Assembly: GCA_963422375.2 (NCBI GenBank)
Contig: OY729427.2
Coordinates: forward strand, 1,056,001-1,120,000
Direction of reading: 5' to 3'
Source of the DNA: Bryobacterales bacterium
GTDB lineage: Bacteria > Acidobacteriota > Terriglobia > Bryobacterales > UBA6623
Length of the DNA stretch: 64,000 nt
The notes beneath the pieces are model-generated. The model was not told where the DNA came from, did not search any database, and saw only the letters and a list, made by a program, of their open reading frames with translations. The position numbers and the translations under genes are program-made. Numbering within the stretch: the first letter of the stretch is position 1; each line of letters starts with the position of its first letter. This document shows positions 41,987 through 51,192 of this stretch, piece after piece.

Positions 41987-41997
41987 AGTTCGGACTC

Positions 41998-43182
41998 ATG
42001 GCCAGACTGCAAGACACCCCCGCAGAGGCCGCGTTCCGGGAGCGCCTCCGCGCGTGGCTCGAGGAGCATGCGCACCCCATCGACCGGCACGACGTAGCCG
42101 ACCTGAAGGCCTGGCAGCGGCAGCTGTACGAGGCAGGCTGGCTCGGCCTGACGTGGCCTGCGGCGTACGGCGGGCAGGGGCTCGGCTTCCGCGAGCAGGC
42201 GATCTTCAACGAGGAGGCCGCCCGGGCCAAGGCGCCGCCCAGCGTCAACAACATCGGCCTCATGATCGCCGGCCCGGCGCTGATCGCCGTCGGCAGCCAG
42301 GAGCACAAGCAGCGCTACCTGCGACCCATCCTGACCGCCGAGGAGATCTGGTGCCAAGGCTTCTCCGAACCCAACGCAGGATCGGATCTGGCCGCGCTGC
42401 AGACGCGCGCGGTCGACCGCGGCGACCACTACGTCATCACGGGCCAGAAAATCTGGACCTCGAATTCGCTCATCGCGGACTACATCTGGCTGCTGGCGCG
42501 CACCGATCCCGAAGCGCCCAAGCACAAGGGCATCACCGCGCTGGTGGTCGACATGAAGAGCCCCGGCGTGACCGTAAAGCCGCTGCGGCAGATCACCGGG
42601 GAAGCCGAATTCGGCGAGATCTTCTTCGACGAGGTGAGCGTGCCGAAGGCGAACCGCGTGGGCGCCGAGAACGGCGGCTGGATCGTCGGCATGAAGACCT
42701 TCACCCGCGAGCGGGCCAACATCTCGATCAATCTCAGCGTCCGCCTCCAGCAGCAGTTCGACCGCCTGCTGGAGGGCGTCCGCGCGAGCGACGTCCCGCT
42801 GGACGCGCAGCAGGCCCGCGAGGTCGCCCAGGCCTACGTCGACAGCCGGTGCCTGACGCTGACGTGCGAGCGCCTCGCCTCGCGCCTGTTCGGATTCGAG
42901 TCGTCCGTGGTCAAGGTGGCATGGGCCGAGATGAACCAGCGGCTGCAGGAAATCGGACTGGCGACGCTCGGCCCGGACGCCCCGCTGCTCGCGCCCGCGG
43001 GCGCCGCCGGCGGCCCCTCGTCCGCCTGGGGCACGGAGGAGCTCGCCGGGAACGGGGAGTCGCTAGAGAAGACATGGCAGTTCGGGTACCTGCGCTCGAG
43101 GGCCAACACCATCGAGGGAGGCACGTCCGAAGTCCTGCGCGGCGTGATCGCGGAGCGGGTGCTGGGCCTGCCGCGCAAGTGA
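41998..43182 (+). CDS. Acyl-CoA dehydrogenase (catalytic-type subunit of a probable heteromer)
   Basis: WCQGFSEPNAGSDLA, GQKIWTS, KHKGIT, FTRER and TIEGGTSEV...ERVLGLPR. Confidence 0.95.
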   Translation: MARLQDTPAEAAFRERLRAWLEEHAHPIDRHDVADLKAWQRQLYEAGWLGLTWPAAYGGQGLGFREQAIFNEEAARAKAPPSVNNIGLMIAGPALIAVGSQEHKQRYLRPILTAEEIWCQGFSEPNAGSDLAALQTRAVDRGDHYVITGQKIWTSNSLIADYIWLLARTDPEAPKHKGITALVVDMKSPGVTVKPLRQITGEAEFGEIFFDEVSVPKANRVGAENGGWIVGMKTFTRERANISINLSVRLQQQFDRLLEGVRASDVPLDAQQAREVAQAYVDSRCLTLTCERLASRLFGFESSVVKVAWAEMNQRLQEIGLATLGPDAPLLAPAGAAGGPSSAWGTEELAGNGESLEKTWQFGYLRSRANTIEGGTSEVLRGVIAERVLGLPRK

Positions 43183-43333
43183 GGAGGAAGCGGACCCCCG
43201 AGGATCCACCCGGCAGGCTCGATGCCCCCGCGGCGCGGGCCGGTCCCGGCCGAGCCGGATCTCGCGGGAGCGCTCGGAGACCTCGGGCGGGATGAGGATC
43301 CCACGCCGGGAAAGCGATTCAAGGAGCTAAGCC

Positions 43334-44419
43334 GTGGACTTTGGCCTAAACGATGAACAAGCCATGCTGCGCGATTCGGCGCGGGACTTCCTGCGGACGG
43401 AATGGCCCGTCCCGGAACGGCGGCGCATGCTCGACGCTGCCGATTCCGCCGCGGCCGCGGGCGAGCTGTGGTCGAAGATGGCCGGTCTCGGCTGGCCGGG
43501 CCTGCTGGTCAGCGAGGACAGCGGGGGCCTCGGCCTCGGCATGTTCGACTTGGCAGTGCTGATGGAGGAGGCGGGCCGGAGCCTCGTGCCGGGCACGCTG
43601 CATGCCAGCGGGGTCCTGGCCGCGACCGCGCTGGAGACGCTCGGCAGCGCCGACGCGCGCCAGCGCTACCTTCCCGCTATCGCCGAGGGGGCCCTCAGGG
43701 CGACGGTCGGGGTTTACGAGCCCGGTTCCGGCTGGACGCCGATGCTGCTGCAGCCGCCCTCGGGCGGGACCGTGACCAAGCGCTGGGTGCCGGAGGCCCG
43801 GGGGGCGGATCTCGTGCTGTTCCTCGGCCGCACGGGCGGCAACGCCGCGGAACTCGCCGTGGCCCGGGCACCTGCCGTCTCGGACCTAGGCTCGATGGAC
43901 GTGACCCGGCCGCTGTACGAAGTCGCCTGCGAGCGCGCGGAGCTCGAGACGGTCGGCGCGGGCACCCTGGGGGACGTGCAGGCCGTCTTGGATCGGGCGA
44001 CGATCGCGCTCTCCGCCGAGATGGTAGGCAGCGCCGCCCAGGTTCTGGACATGACGGTCGAGTACGTCAAGAGCCGCAAGCAGTTCGGACGGCCGGTCGG
44101 GACGTTCCAGGCCGTGCAGCACAAGGCGGCTGACATGCTCATCGGCATCGAGAAGGCGCGCACCGCAGCGTACTACGCGGCCGCCGTCGCGGACGAGCAG
44201 CCGGAAGAGCTGGGCGAGGCTGCCTCGATCGTCAAGGCAACCGCCAATGCCGCGCTCGTCGATGCCGCCCAGGCAGGCATCCAGCTGCACGGCGGCCTCG
44301 GCTTCACCTGGGAGCAGGACCTGCACCTCTACCTGAAGCGCGCCAAGGCCTGCGAGTTCACCTACGGCGACACGAAGTGGCACCTGGACCGGGTGGCGCA
44401 CGGCCTCGGCCTGACCTGA
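43334..44419 (+). CDS. Acyl-CoA dehydrogenase (partner subunit)
   Basis: MDFGLNDEQ, RKQFGRPVGTFQAVQHKAADM and QLHGGLGFTWEQDLHLYLKRAK; divergent N-terminal FAD region. Confidence 0.93.
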   Translation: MDFGLNDEQAMLRDSARDFLRTEWPVPERRRMLDAADSAAAAGELWSKMAGLGWPGLLVSEDSGGLGLGMFDLAVLMEEAGRSLVPGTLHASGVLAATALETLGSADARQRYLPAIAEGALRATVGVYEPGSGWTPMLLQPPSGGTVTKRWVPEARGADLVLFLGRTGGNAAELAVARAPAVSDLGSMDVTRPLYEVACERAELETVGAGTLGDVQAVLDRATIALSAEMVGSAAQVLDMTVEYVKSRKQFGRPVGTFQAVQHKAADMLIGIEKARTAAYYAAAVADEQPEELGEAASIVKATANAALVDAAQAGIQLHGGLGFTWEQDLHLYLKRAKACEFTYGDTKWHLDRVAHGLGLT

Positions 44420-44470
44420 CGGTCCCGGCGGCGGGCCAACGGGGCCGGCCGCCGTGCTACGCTCGCGCGC

Positions 44471-46045
44471 ATGACCCGGCACCCGGCTCTCGCCATGGCG
44501 GCCGCCCTCGCCATAGGGTCGTGCGCGAGCGGCCCGCCGGAGCCGCCGCGGCGGCCGAACATCCTGTTCGCCATCGCCGACGACGCGTCCTACCCGCACA
44601 TGGGCGCCTACGGCACAGCGTGGGTCAACACCCCGCACTTCGACCGCGTAGCCCGGGACGGAGTGCTGTTCGAGAACGCCTACACGCCCGACGCGAAGTG
44701 CGCGCCGTCGCGCGCCGCGATTCTCACCGGACGGCACCCCTGGCAGCTCGGGGCAGGCGCCAACCACATGGCGTATTTCCCGGCGCGCTTCAAGACTTAT
44801 CCCGAAGCGCTGTCGGAGAACGGCTACTTCGTCGGCATGACCGCCAAGGGCTGGAGTCCCGGCATCGCGAACGACGCCTCTGGCGAGCCGCGCCAGATGG
44901 CCGGAACGCCGTTCAGCGCGCGGGAGGCGGAGCCGCCCACGGCGAGGATTTCCAGAACCGACTACGCGGCGAACTTCGACGACTTCCTGGACGCGGCCCC
45001 CGAGGGCCGGCCGTGGGCCTTCTGGTACGGCTGCAGGGAGCCGCACCGGGCGTACGAATTCCGCTCGGGGGCGGACAAGGGCGGCAAGAGCCCCGAGGAC
45101 ATCGACGAGGTGTACCCGTTCTGGCCCGACACGGAGACGGTGCGCCACGACATGCTCGACTACGCCTACGAGATCGAGCACTTCGACGCCCACCTGGGCC
45201 GCATGCTGGACTCGCTGGCCGGGCGCGGCGAGCTCGGAGAGACCCTAGTCATCGTCACCTCCGACAACGGGATGCCGTTCCCGCGGGTCAAAGCGCAGGA
45301 GTACGAGGCGTCCAACCACTTGCCGCTCGCCATGATGTGGCTGGACGGGATGCCGCACCCGGGCCGGACCGTGGACGACTTCGTCAGCTTCACCGACCTG
45401 GCGCCGACCATCATGGACGCGGCCGGCGTCGACTGGGAGGCTGCCGGGATGGAGCCAGCGGCCGGGCGCAGCCTGATGCGTATCCTGCTCTCGGAGCGGT
45501 CGGGCCGGGTGGAGGCCGACCGCGACCACGTGCTGGTGGGCAAGGAGCGCCACGACATCGGCCGCCCCGGGGACGGGGGCTACCCCATTCGCGGCATCGT
45601 CAAGGGCAGCCTCCTGTACCTGAGAAACTTCGCCGCGGACCGGTGGCCCGCCGGCAACCCCGAGACCGGCTATCTCGCCACCGACGCCAGCCCCACCAAG
45701 ACCGAGATCCTGCAGCTGCGGCGGGCGGGCGGGAACGACCGCTTCTGGCAGCTCGCCTTCGGCAAGCGGGCAGGCGAGGAGCTGTACGACATCGAGAGCG
45801 ACCCCGGCTGCGTCCGCAACCTCGCGGCGGATCTCGAGCACCGCCCGGCAAGGGACGCCCTCGGGGCGCAGCTGGCGCGGGAACTCGAGGCGCTGGGCGA
45901 CCCGCGCATGCTCGGGCAGGGGGAGACGTTCGACCGCTTCCCGAACGCCACGCGCTGGAGGGGCTACTACGAGAAGTTCATGGCAGGCGAGGTCGAGGTG
46001 GCGCCGTGGATCGCGGAGAGCGACATCGACCCCGCCGTCGAGTAG
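44471..46045 (+). CDS. Sulfatase (heparan N-sulfatase-like), probable lipoprotein
   Basis: Lipobox-like [15 protein letters not shown]; formylglycine motif [16 protein letters not shown]. Confidence 0.93.
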   Translation: MTRHPALAMAAALAIGSCASGPPEPPRRPNILFAIADDASYPHMGAYGTAWVNTPHFDRVARDGVLFENAYTPDAKCAPSRAAILTGRHPWQLGAGANHMAYFPARFKTYPEALSENGYFVGMTAKGWSPGIANDASGEPRQMAGTPFSAREAEPPTARISRTDYAANFDDFLDAAPEGRPWAFWYGCREPHRAYEFRSGADKGGKSPEDIDEVYPFWPDTETVRHDMLDYAYEIEHFDAHLGRMLDSLAGRGELGETLVIVTSDNGMPFPRVKAQEYEASNHLPLAMMWLDGMPHPGRTVDDFVSFTDLAPTIMDAAGVDWEAAGMEPAAGRSLMRILLSERSGRVEADRDHVLVGKERHDIGRPGDGGYPIRGIVKGSLLYLRNFAADRWPAGNPETGYLATDASPTKTEILQLRRAGGNDRFWQLAFGKRAGEELYDIESDPGCVRNLAADLEHRPARDALGAQLARELEALGDPRMLGQGETFDRFPNATRWRGYYEKFMAGEVEVAPWIAESDIDPAVE

Positions 46046-46057
46046 GCGGGCCCGGCC

Positions 46058-47377
46058 TCAGGCCGCCCGGTCCGGGACACGCATCTCGGGAACCTGAATG
46101 CGGACGCGCACGCCGCCGCCCTCGCGGGGCTCGAAGACGAACTGGTACTCCTCGCCGAACAGCACGGTCAGGCGCTCGCGCACGTTGCTGACGCCGATCC
46201 CCTTGCGAAACACGGCCGGCATGTCCCCCAGCGGGATGCCGACGCCGTCGTCCTCGACCTCGATCTGCAGGCGCCCCGAGCGCAGCTTGCAGCTCAGCCG
46301 GATCGTGCCGCTGCCGACCTTGGGTCCGATGCCGTGCTTGATCGAGTTCTCGATGATCGGCTGGAGGATCATGCTCGGCACCAACGCGTCCCCGATGCCC
46401 TCGTCGATCTCCTTCTCGATGCGCAGCCGGCTCCCAAAGCGCACCAGCTCGATCTGCAGGTAGTCGTCGATGAACGCCAGCTCCTCGCGCAGCGGCACGA
46501 AGGCCTCCTGCTTGCGCAGCAGGGTCCGAAGCATCGCCGACAGGCGGTAGACCACTTGGCGGGCCTGGTCCGGGTCGCTGCGAATGAGGGACGCCACCGA
46601 GTTCAGGGTATTGAACAAGAAGTGCGGGTTCATCTGCAGGGCGAGGCTGAGAAAGCGCGCCTCGCTCAGGAGCCTTTGCTGGTTCTCGATCTTCCACTCG
46701 TTCCTAGTGTTGTTCCATACCTTCAGCGTGAGCCCCACCCCGGCCGCGGTCGCGATGCAGGGCAGCAGGAAGATGACCGGGTGCTCCACGAAGGAGCCGC
46801 TGAAGAACGAGAACACCAGTCCCTGCTGCGCGAATTCGGTGGAGAGGTGGATGCGCAGCGCCTCAACGACGAGGCAGATGAGCAGCAGGATGAGCTGGCA
46901 GGCCCCTTGGGAGCTCGGTATCCGGCGGCGCGCCCACTCGACCAGCGGAAACAGGAAGAACGGCGAGAATCTCCACACGTCTTCGGGGTCGCGCGCCCAC
47001 CAGCGCACGAAGCCGCCGAGCGCGCCGACGCCGACCAGCAGCGGCAGGGTGACCCACTCGAGGCCGGGGCCGACCGTCGCGGGCAGCGAAATCAGCGCGC
47101 CCGCCACCGCCCCGGGCACGTACCCGCCGACCAGGCCGGATACCAGCGCTCCCTCGATGCCGACTTCCGCGGCGCGGTAGCCGAGCGCGATCCGCACGAC
47201 CGATCCGCCCGCGAAGACGACGCCGAAGAGGGCCGCGAGCTCCAGCCGCTGGCGCAGGGTGCGCTGCTCGCGCAAGAACAGGCGCTTGGCGAAATTCGGG
47301 CGCAGCGCGATGCTTGCCATCGAGGCCAGCACGGCGATCTTGACGAGGAGCGTGACGAGGAGATCCGTGCTGGCCAT
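46058..47377 (-). CDS. LytS/YehU-type membrane sensor histidine kinase
   Basis: Multi-TM N-terminus; QMNPHFLFNTLNS, QPIIENSIKHG, DDGVG and GIGVSNV. Confidence 0.94.
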   Translation of the reverse strand: MASTDLLVTLLVKIAVLASMASIALRPNFAKRLFLREQRTLRQRLELAALFGVVFAGGSVVRIALGYRAAEVGIEGALVSGLVGGYVPGAVAGALISLPATVGPGLEWVTLPLLVGVGALGGFVRWWARDPEDVWRFSPFFLFPLVEWARRRIPSSQGACQLILLLICLVVEALRIHLSTEFAQQGLVFSFFSGSFVEHPVIFLLPCIATAAGVGLTLKVWNNTRNEWKIENQQRLLSEARFLSLALQMNPHFLFNTLNSVASLIRSDPDQARQVVYRLSAMLRTLLRKQEAFVPLREELAFIDDYLQIELVRFGSRLRIEKEIDEGIGDALVPSMILQPIIENSIKHGIGPKVGSGTIRLSCKLRSGRLQIEVEDDGVGIPLGDMPAVFRKGIGVSNVRERLTVLFGEEYQFVFEPREGGGVRVRIQVPEMRVPDRAA

Positions 47378-47425
47378 CGGGAACGGGCCGGACGGCCGCC
47401 TGCGGGACCGCGAACCTGCCCTGCC

Positions 47426-47431
47426 TATAAT
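47426..47431 (+). promoter_or_regulatory. Consensus -10 box TATAAT upstream of ribA
   Basis: ctgccTATAATgatt in the short divergent intergenic region. Confidence 0.5.
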
Positions 47432-47505
47432 GATTCTTCGCGGGCGCGCAGGAATTCAACCCGCTCGAGGCGTCCGGCGGCACCCTCCTGCAACCGAACG
47501 CAACC

Positions 47506-48138
47506 ATGCCGGATCCCGCCAGGCCGCCCGGGGGCTGCACCGTCGAACTGGTCGCCGAGGCCGACTTCCCGACGCGTTTCGGGAGCTTCCGCATCCGCGG
47601 GTTCCGCGGCCGCGCACCGCGACGCACCCAGGAAATCGTCGTGCTGACGCGGGGCAGTCCGGGGCAGTCCGGGCCCGCGCCCCTGCTGCGCATCCATTCC
47701 CAGTGCCTGACCGGCGAAGTGTTCGGCAGCCTGCGCTGCGATTGCGGGCCCCAGCTCGCGCTGGCGCTCGCGAGGATCGCCGAGTCCGGGCACGGCCTGC
47801 TGATCTACGATCCGCAGGAGGGGCGCGGGATCGGCCTGCTCAACAAGCTCATGGCGTACCAGCTGCAAGACGAGGGAGCGGACACGGTCGAGGCCAACCA
47901 GAAGCTGGGGTTCGGAGCGGACGAGAGGGAGTACGGCTACGCGGTGGCGGTCCTGCGGCATTTCGGCATCGAGCGCGTGCGGCTGCTGTCGAACAACCCG
48001 ACCAAGGTCAAGGCGCTGGAGGGAGCAGGGATTCGCGTCGCCGAGCGGGTGCCCTGCGAGCCCGACGCCGGGCGGATCGCGGCGCCCTACCTCCGGACGA
48101 AGAGGGACAAGCTCGGGCACCTGGTCGAGAGCGTCTGA
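47506..48138 (+). CDS. ribA: GTP cyclohydrolase II
   Basis: RIHSQCLTGEVFGSLRCDCG, QEGRGIGLLNK, DTVEAN, LSNNP.K and YL.TK.DKLGH. Confidence 0.97.
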   Translation: MPDPARPPGGCTVELVAEADFPTRFGSFRIRGFRGRAPRRTQEIVVLTRGSPGQSGPAPLLRIHSQCLTGEVFGSLRCDCGPQLALALARIAESGHGLLIYDPQEGRGIGLLNKLMAYQLQDEGADTVEANQKLGFGADEREYGYAVAVLRHFGIERVRLLSNNPTKVKALEGAGIRVAERVPCEPDAGRIAAPYLRTKRDKLGHLVESV

Positions 48139-48157
48139 GCCCGTCCGCGAGCCTGCG

Positions 48158-48976
48158 TCAAGGGAAGCCGCGCGACGCGGACAGGTCGCCGTAGGAGACG
48201 ATCTCGATCCCGCCGGCGGCGACGGCCCGTCGCGCCGCGTCCGAGCACAGGGCCTCCATCTCCGCCTCGCGGCTGCGCTTGAGCCGCGTGGGCGCCAGCA
48301 GCAGCTCCGGGCCGCAGATGCCCGGATGGCAAACCAGCTCGCCGACGCCATCGGGAAGCGCCGACAGCAGCGCGGCAAGGCGCGCAGGCCCCAGCGAGCC
48401 GGTCGAGACGAAGCCGGCGAAGTAGTCCGCCGTGCGGCAGCGAGCCCGGCCCAAGCGCTCGTCGAAGGGAATGCGGAAGGGGCGCGCCAGCAGGGAGAGC
48501 AGGGCCCGCGGCCCGGGGGCCAGGCCCAGCGGCACGTCGAAGGGCTTGCGGATCCAGCCGATCCGGTATTCGTCGGCGACGCGAGCCAGCGCGTCGAGCA
48601 CGGGCGGGAGCAGGTGGACGTGCTTGTGCGTGTCGAGGTGCGTCGGCCGGATGCCTCTCGCGAGCAGGGCCTCTACCTGCGCCCGGAACTCGCCCGGAGG
48701 GTCCAGCGCCGCGAGCGGCGTGGCGAGCAGGCGCCCGAGGGTAGCGGGCAGCCGCCTGCCCGGGCGCGCAAGGGACGCGCCCTGCACCAGCGTCAGGTGG
48801 CAGCCGACGCCGAGGCCGGGATGCCGCTGGGCGAGGCGGACGGCATGGCGGAAGGCCGCGCCGTTGGCCATCAGCGACACGGAACTCACGATCCCGTGCA
48901 GGTGGCTGCGCAGTATGCCTTCGTTGACGTCCGAAGCGAAGCCGAAGTCGTCGGCATTCACTACCAAGCGCTTCAC
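48158..48976 (-). CDS. YdjC/ChbG/HpnK family deacetylase
   Basis: LVVNADDFG, GCHLTL, THLDTHKHVH and ELVCHPG. Confidence 0.92.
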   Translation of the reverse strand: MKRLVVNADDFGFASDVNEGILRSHLHGIVSSVSLMANGAAFRHAVRLAQRHPGLGVGCHLTLVQGASLARPGRRLPATLGRLLATPLAALDPPGEFRAQVEALLARGIRPTHLDTHKHVHLLPPVLDALARVADEYRIGWIRKPFDVPLGLAPGPRALLSLLARPFRIPFDERLGRARCRTADYFAGFVSTGSLGPARLAALLSALPDGVGELVCHPGICGPELLLAPTRLKRSREAEMEALCSDAARRAVAAGGIEIVSYGDLSASRGFP

Positions 48977-49001
48977 GCAGCGCGCAAGCCGTCTAAGGCA
49001 G

Positions 49002-49031
49002 GAGGCGGCGGGGCGCTAGCCCCGCCGCCTC
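49002..49031. terminator. Perfect 13-bp GC hairpin (GAGGCGGCGGGGC-gcta-GCCCCGCCGCCTC)
   Basis: Inverted repeat read directly. No clear U-tract on either side, so a terminator role is uncertain. Confidence 0.5.
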
Positions 49032-49170
49032 GGTCAACCACAGGTTCACAAGGAGAAGGTAATCGAACCGTAGTCTTTGTCAGCACTACCCAAGACGACT
49101 GAGCGGCCCGGTCTTACGGCACGAATTCCGAGGAACCGAGAATTTCTCGCCGCGCCCGCGCGGCGGCGGG

Positions 49171-50859
49171 TCAGAAGCGGTCCGCGAAGATCCCGTAGCT
49201 GAACACCAGGCCCAGGAGCCCGGCCGCGGCGACGTAGTAGAGCATCGGATAGATCGTGCGGCGGATCAGGAGGCCCTCGCGGCCGACGAGACCTACGGTG
49301 GCGCTGGCCGCCACGACGTTATGCACGGTGATCATGTTCCCGGCGGCCCCTCCCAGCGCCTGCAGTCCCAAGATGACGAGGTGGGGGACGCCGATGCGGT
49401 CCGCCACGCCGTACTGGAAGAGGCTGAACATCAGGTCGCTGACCGTGTTCGAGCCGGCGACGAAGGCCCCGAGGGCCCCGATCATCGCCGCGAAGAACGG
49501 CCACGCCGCCCCAGCCACCGCGGCCACGAACTCCGCCAGCACCAGCGGCATGCTCTGCAGGCCGGAGGCGTTGACGTCCGAATCGATGAATACGCGCACC
49601 AAGGCCACCGCGAAGACGAGCGCGAACGCCGGCCCCGCCAGCATGCGCGCCGAGGCCGACCAAGCCCTGCGCATCTGGGCTCCCGACATGCGATGCAGCC
49701 AGGCGGTGACGAGCGACACGAGCAGGAAGATCGTCCCGGGCAGGTAGAGCGGCTGGATGCCCTGGGACAGGCCGGTGCCGAGGATGCCGTCCCAAGAAAC
49801 CTGCACCGACGCCAGCCACGACTTCAGGGGCAGCGCGGGCAGGCGGGTGATCACCAGCAGGACAGCGACCAGTACGTACGGCATCCATGCGCGAGAGAGC
49901 GCCATGCCGGACGGCTTCCCATCGAGGTCCCCGCTGAAGGTGCCCGTCCATTCCGGGGCCCAGCTCGCGCGGGCCGGGAACTCCCAGGGCTGCGCGCCCG
50001 AGAGCAGGAATCCCTTGCGCGCCGCCGTGACCACGATCGCCAGGCCGAGAAGGCCGCCCAGCAGCGACGGGAACTCGGGCCCGAGAAAGACGGCCACGAG
50101 CAGATACGGGCCGGTGAACGCGACGCCCGAGAACAGGGCGAATTTCCAGATGCCCAATCCCTCCCTGAAGGAGCGGCTCGCGCCGAAGAACCGGGTCATC
50201 ATGCAGCAGATGATCAAGGGGATCAACGTGCCGACGATGGCATGGGGAATGGCTGCGAACACCCCGATCTGATAGATGAACTGCGCGTAGGGCAGGCCAG
50301 CCTGCGCCAGAGCGCTCTCGACCGCTTCCACGTTGAGGGACTCCGCCATGCCGACGAGGATCGGAGTGCCCACGGCACCGAAGGTCACGGGCGTGCTCTG
50401 AATGATCAGCGTGCACATCACGGCCGCGAGCGCCGGAAAGCCCAAGGCCAGCAGCAGCGGGGCGGCCACCGCCGCCGGCGTGCCGAAGCCGGACGCGCCC
50501 TCGATGAACGCTCCGAACATCCAAGCCACGATGATCAGCTGCACGCGGCGGTCGCGGGACACGTCCATGAAGCCTTGGCGGATCGACGCGGCCGCGCCGC
50601 TCTCCGACAGAGTCTGCAGCAGGAGAATCGCCCCGAAGATGATCCACAGCAGCGAGACCGCGATCATCGAGCCGCGAATCGAAGCCGCAGCGACTTGCAC
50701 GGTCGAGACCTTCCAGAAGGCCAGCGCGAAGCCGGCGGTCATCAGGTACGCGACGGGCATGGCCCGAGTGGCAGGCCAGCGCAGGGCGACCAGGAAAACC
50801 ATCACCGCGAGGATGGGCAGGACAGCGATGAATGCGTACAACGCCGAGGCTTCTTGCAT
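49171..50859 (-). CDS. lctP: L-lactate permease
   Basis: [47 protein letters not shown] and [11 protein letters not shown] at 50859. Confidence 0.93.
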   Translation of the reverse strand: MQEASALYAFIAVLPILAVMVFLVALRWPATRAMPVAYLMTAGFALAFWKVSTVQVAAASIRGSMIAVSLLWIIFGAILLLQTLSESGAAASIRQGFMDVSRDRRVQLIIVAWMFGAFIEGASGFGTPAAVAAPLLLALGFPALAAVMCTLIIQSTPVTFGAVGTPILVGMAESLNVEAVESALAQAGLPYAQFIYQIGVFAAIPHAIVGTLIPLIICCMMTRFFGASRSFREGLGIWKFALFSGVAFTGPYLLVAVFLGPEFPSLLGGLLGLAIVVTAARKGFLLSGAQPWEFPARASWAPEWTGTFSGDLDGKPSGMALSRAWMPYVLVAVLLVITRLPALPLKSWLASVQVSWDGILGTGLSQGIQPLYLPGTIFLLVSLVTAWLHRMSGAQMRRAWSASARMLAGPAFALVFAVALVRVFIDSDVNASGLQSMPLVLAEFVAAVAGAAWPFFAAMIGALGAFVAGSNTVSDLMFSLFQYGVADRIGVPHLVILGLQALGGAAGNMITVHNVVAASATVGLVGREGLLIRRTIYPMLYYVAAAGLLGLVFSYGIFADRF

Positions 50860-51192
50860 GAGCGTAAAGGCTAGCCGCAGCGGCGAGGGAGTGTCAAGCC
50901 GCCGACCTCCCCTGCGCGCGGCGGCGGCGGGCGGCATCTTCTCCGCGAGCCGTCCGCGGTCTCTTGGAAGCGATGTAGGAATTGCCGGACTTGCCGGCCC
51001 CGAAGGCCGGCGCGCGCTTCGGCGCGCGCCGAATTTCGCCGAGGGCGCTCTCGAGCGGGGAGGGCGTTTCGCGGGCGCGCGAAACACTCCGGCGCGCTCG
51101 CGCCGTGCCAATGCGCCCGAGGCTCCGGCGAAGATCGCCGGCACCGTCCGCGCGTCCGGCGAGCCCAGTCGACGGCACGGCATCTCGCTACA

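Noticed and set aside
49040..49110. GGTTCGA on the minus strand as a tRNA T-loop (also GGTCGATTCCC near 12102)
   Set aside because: No cloverleaf, acceptor stem or CCA end could be built.
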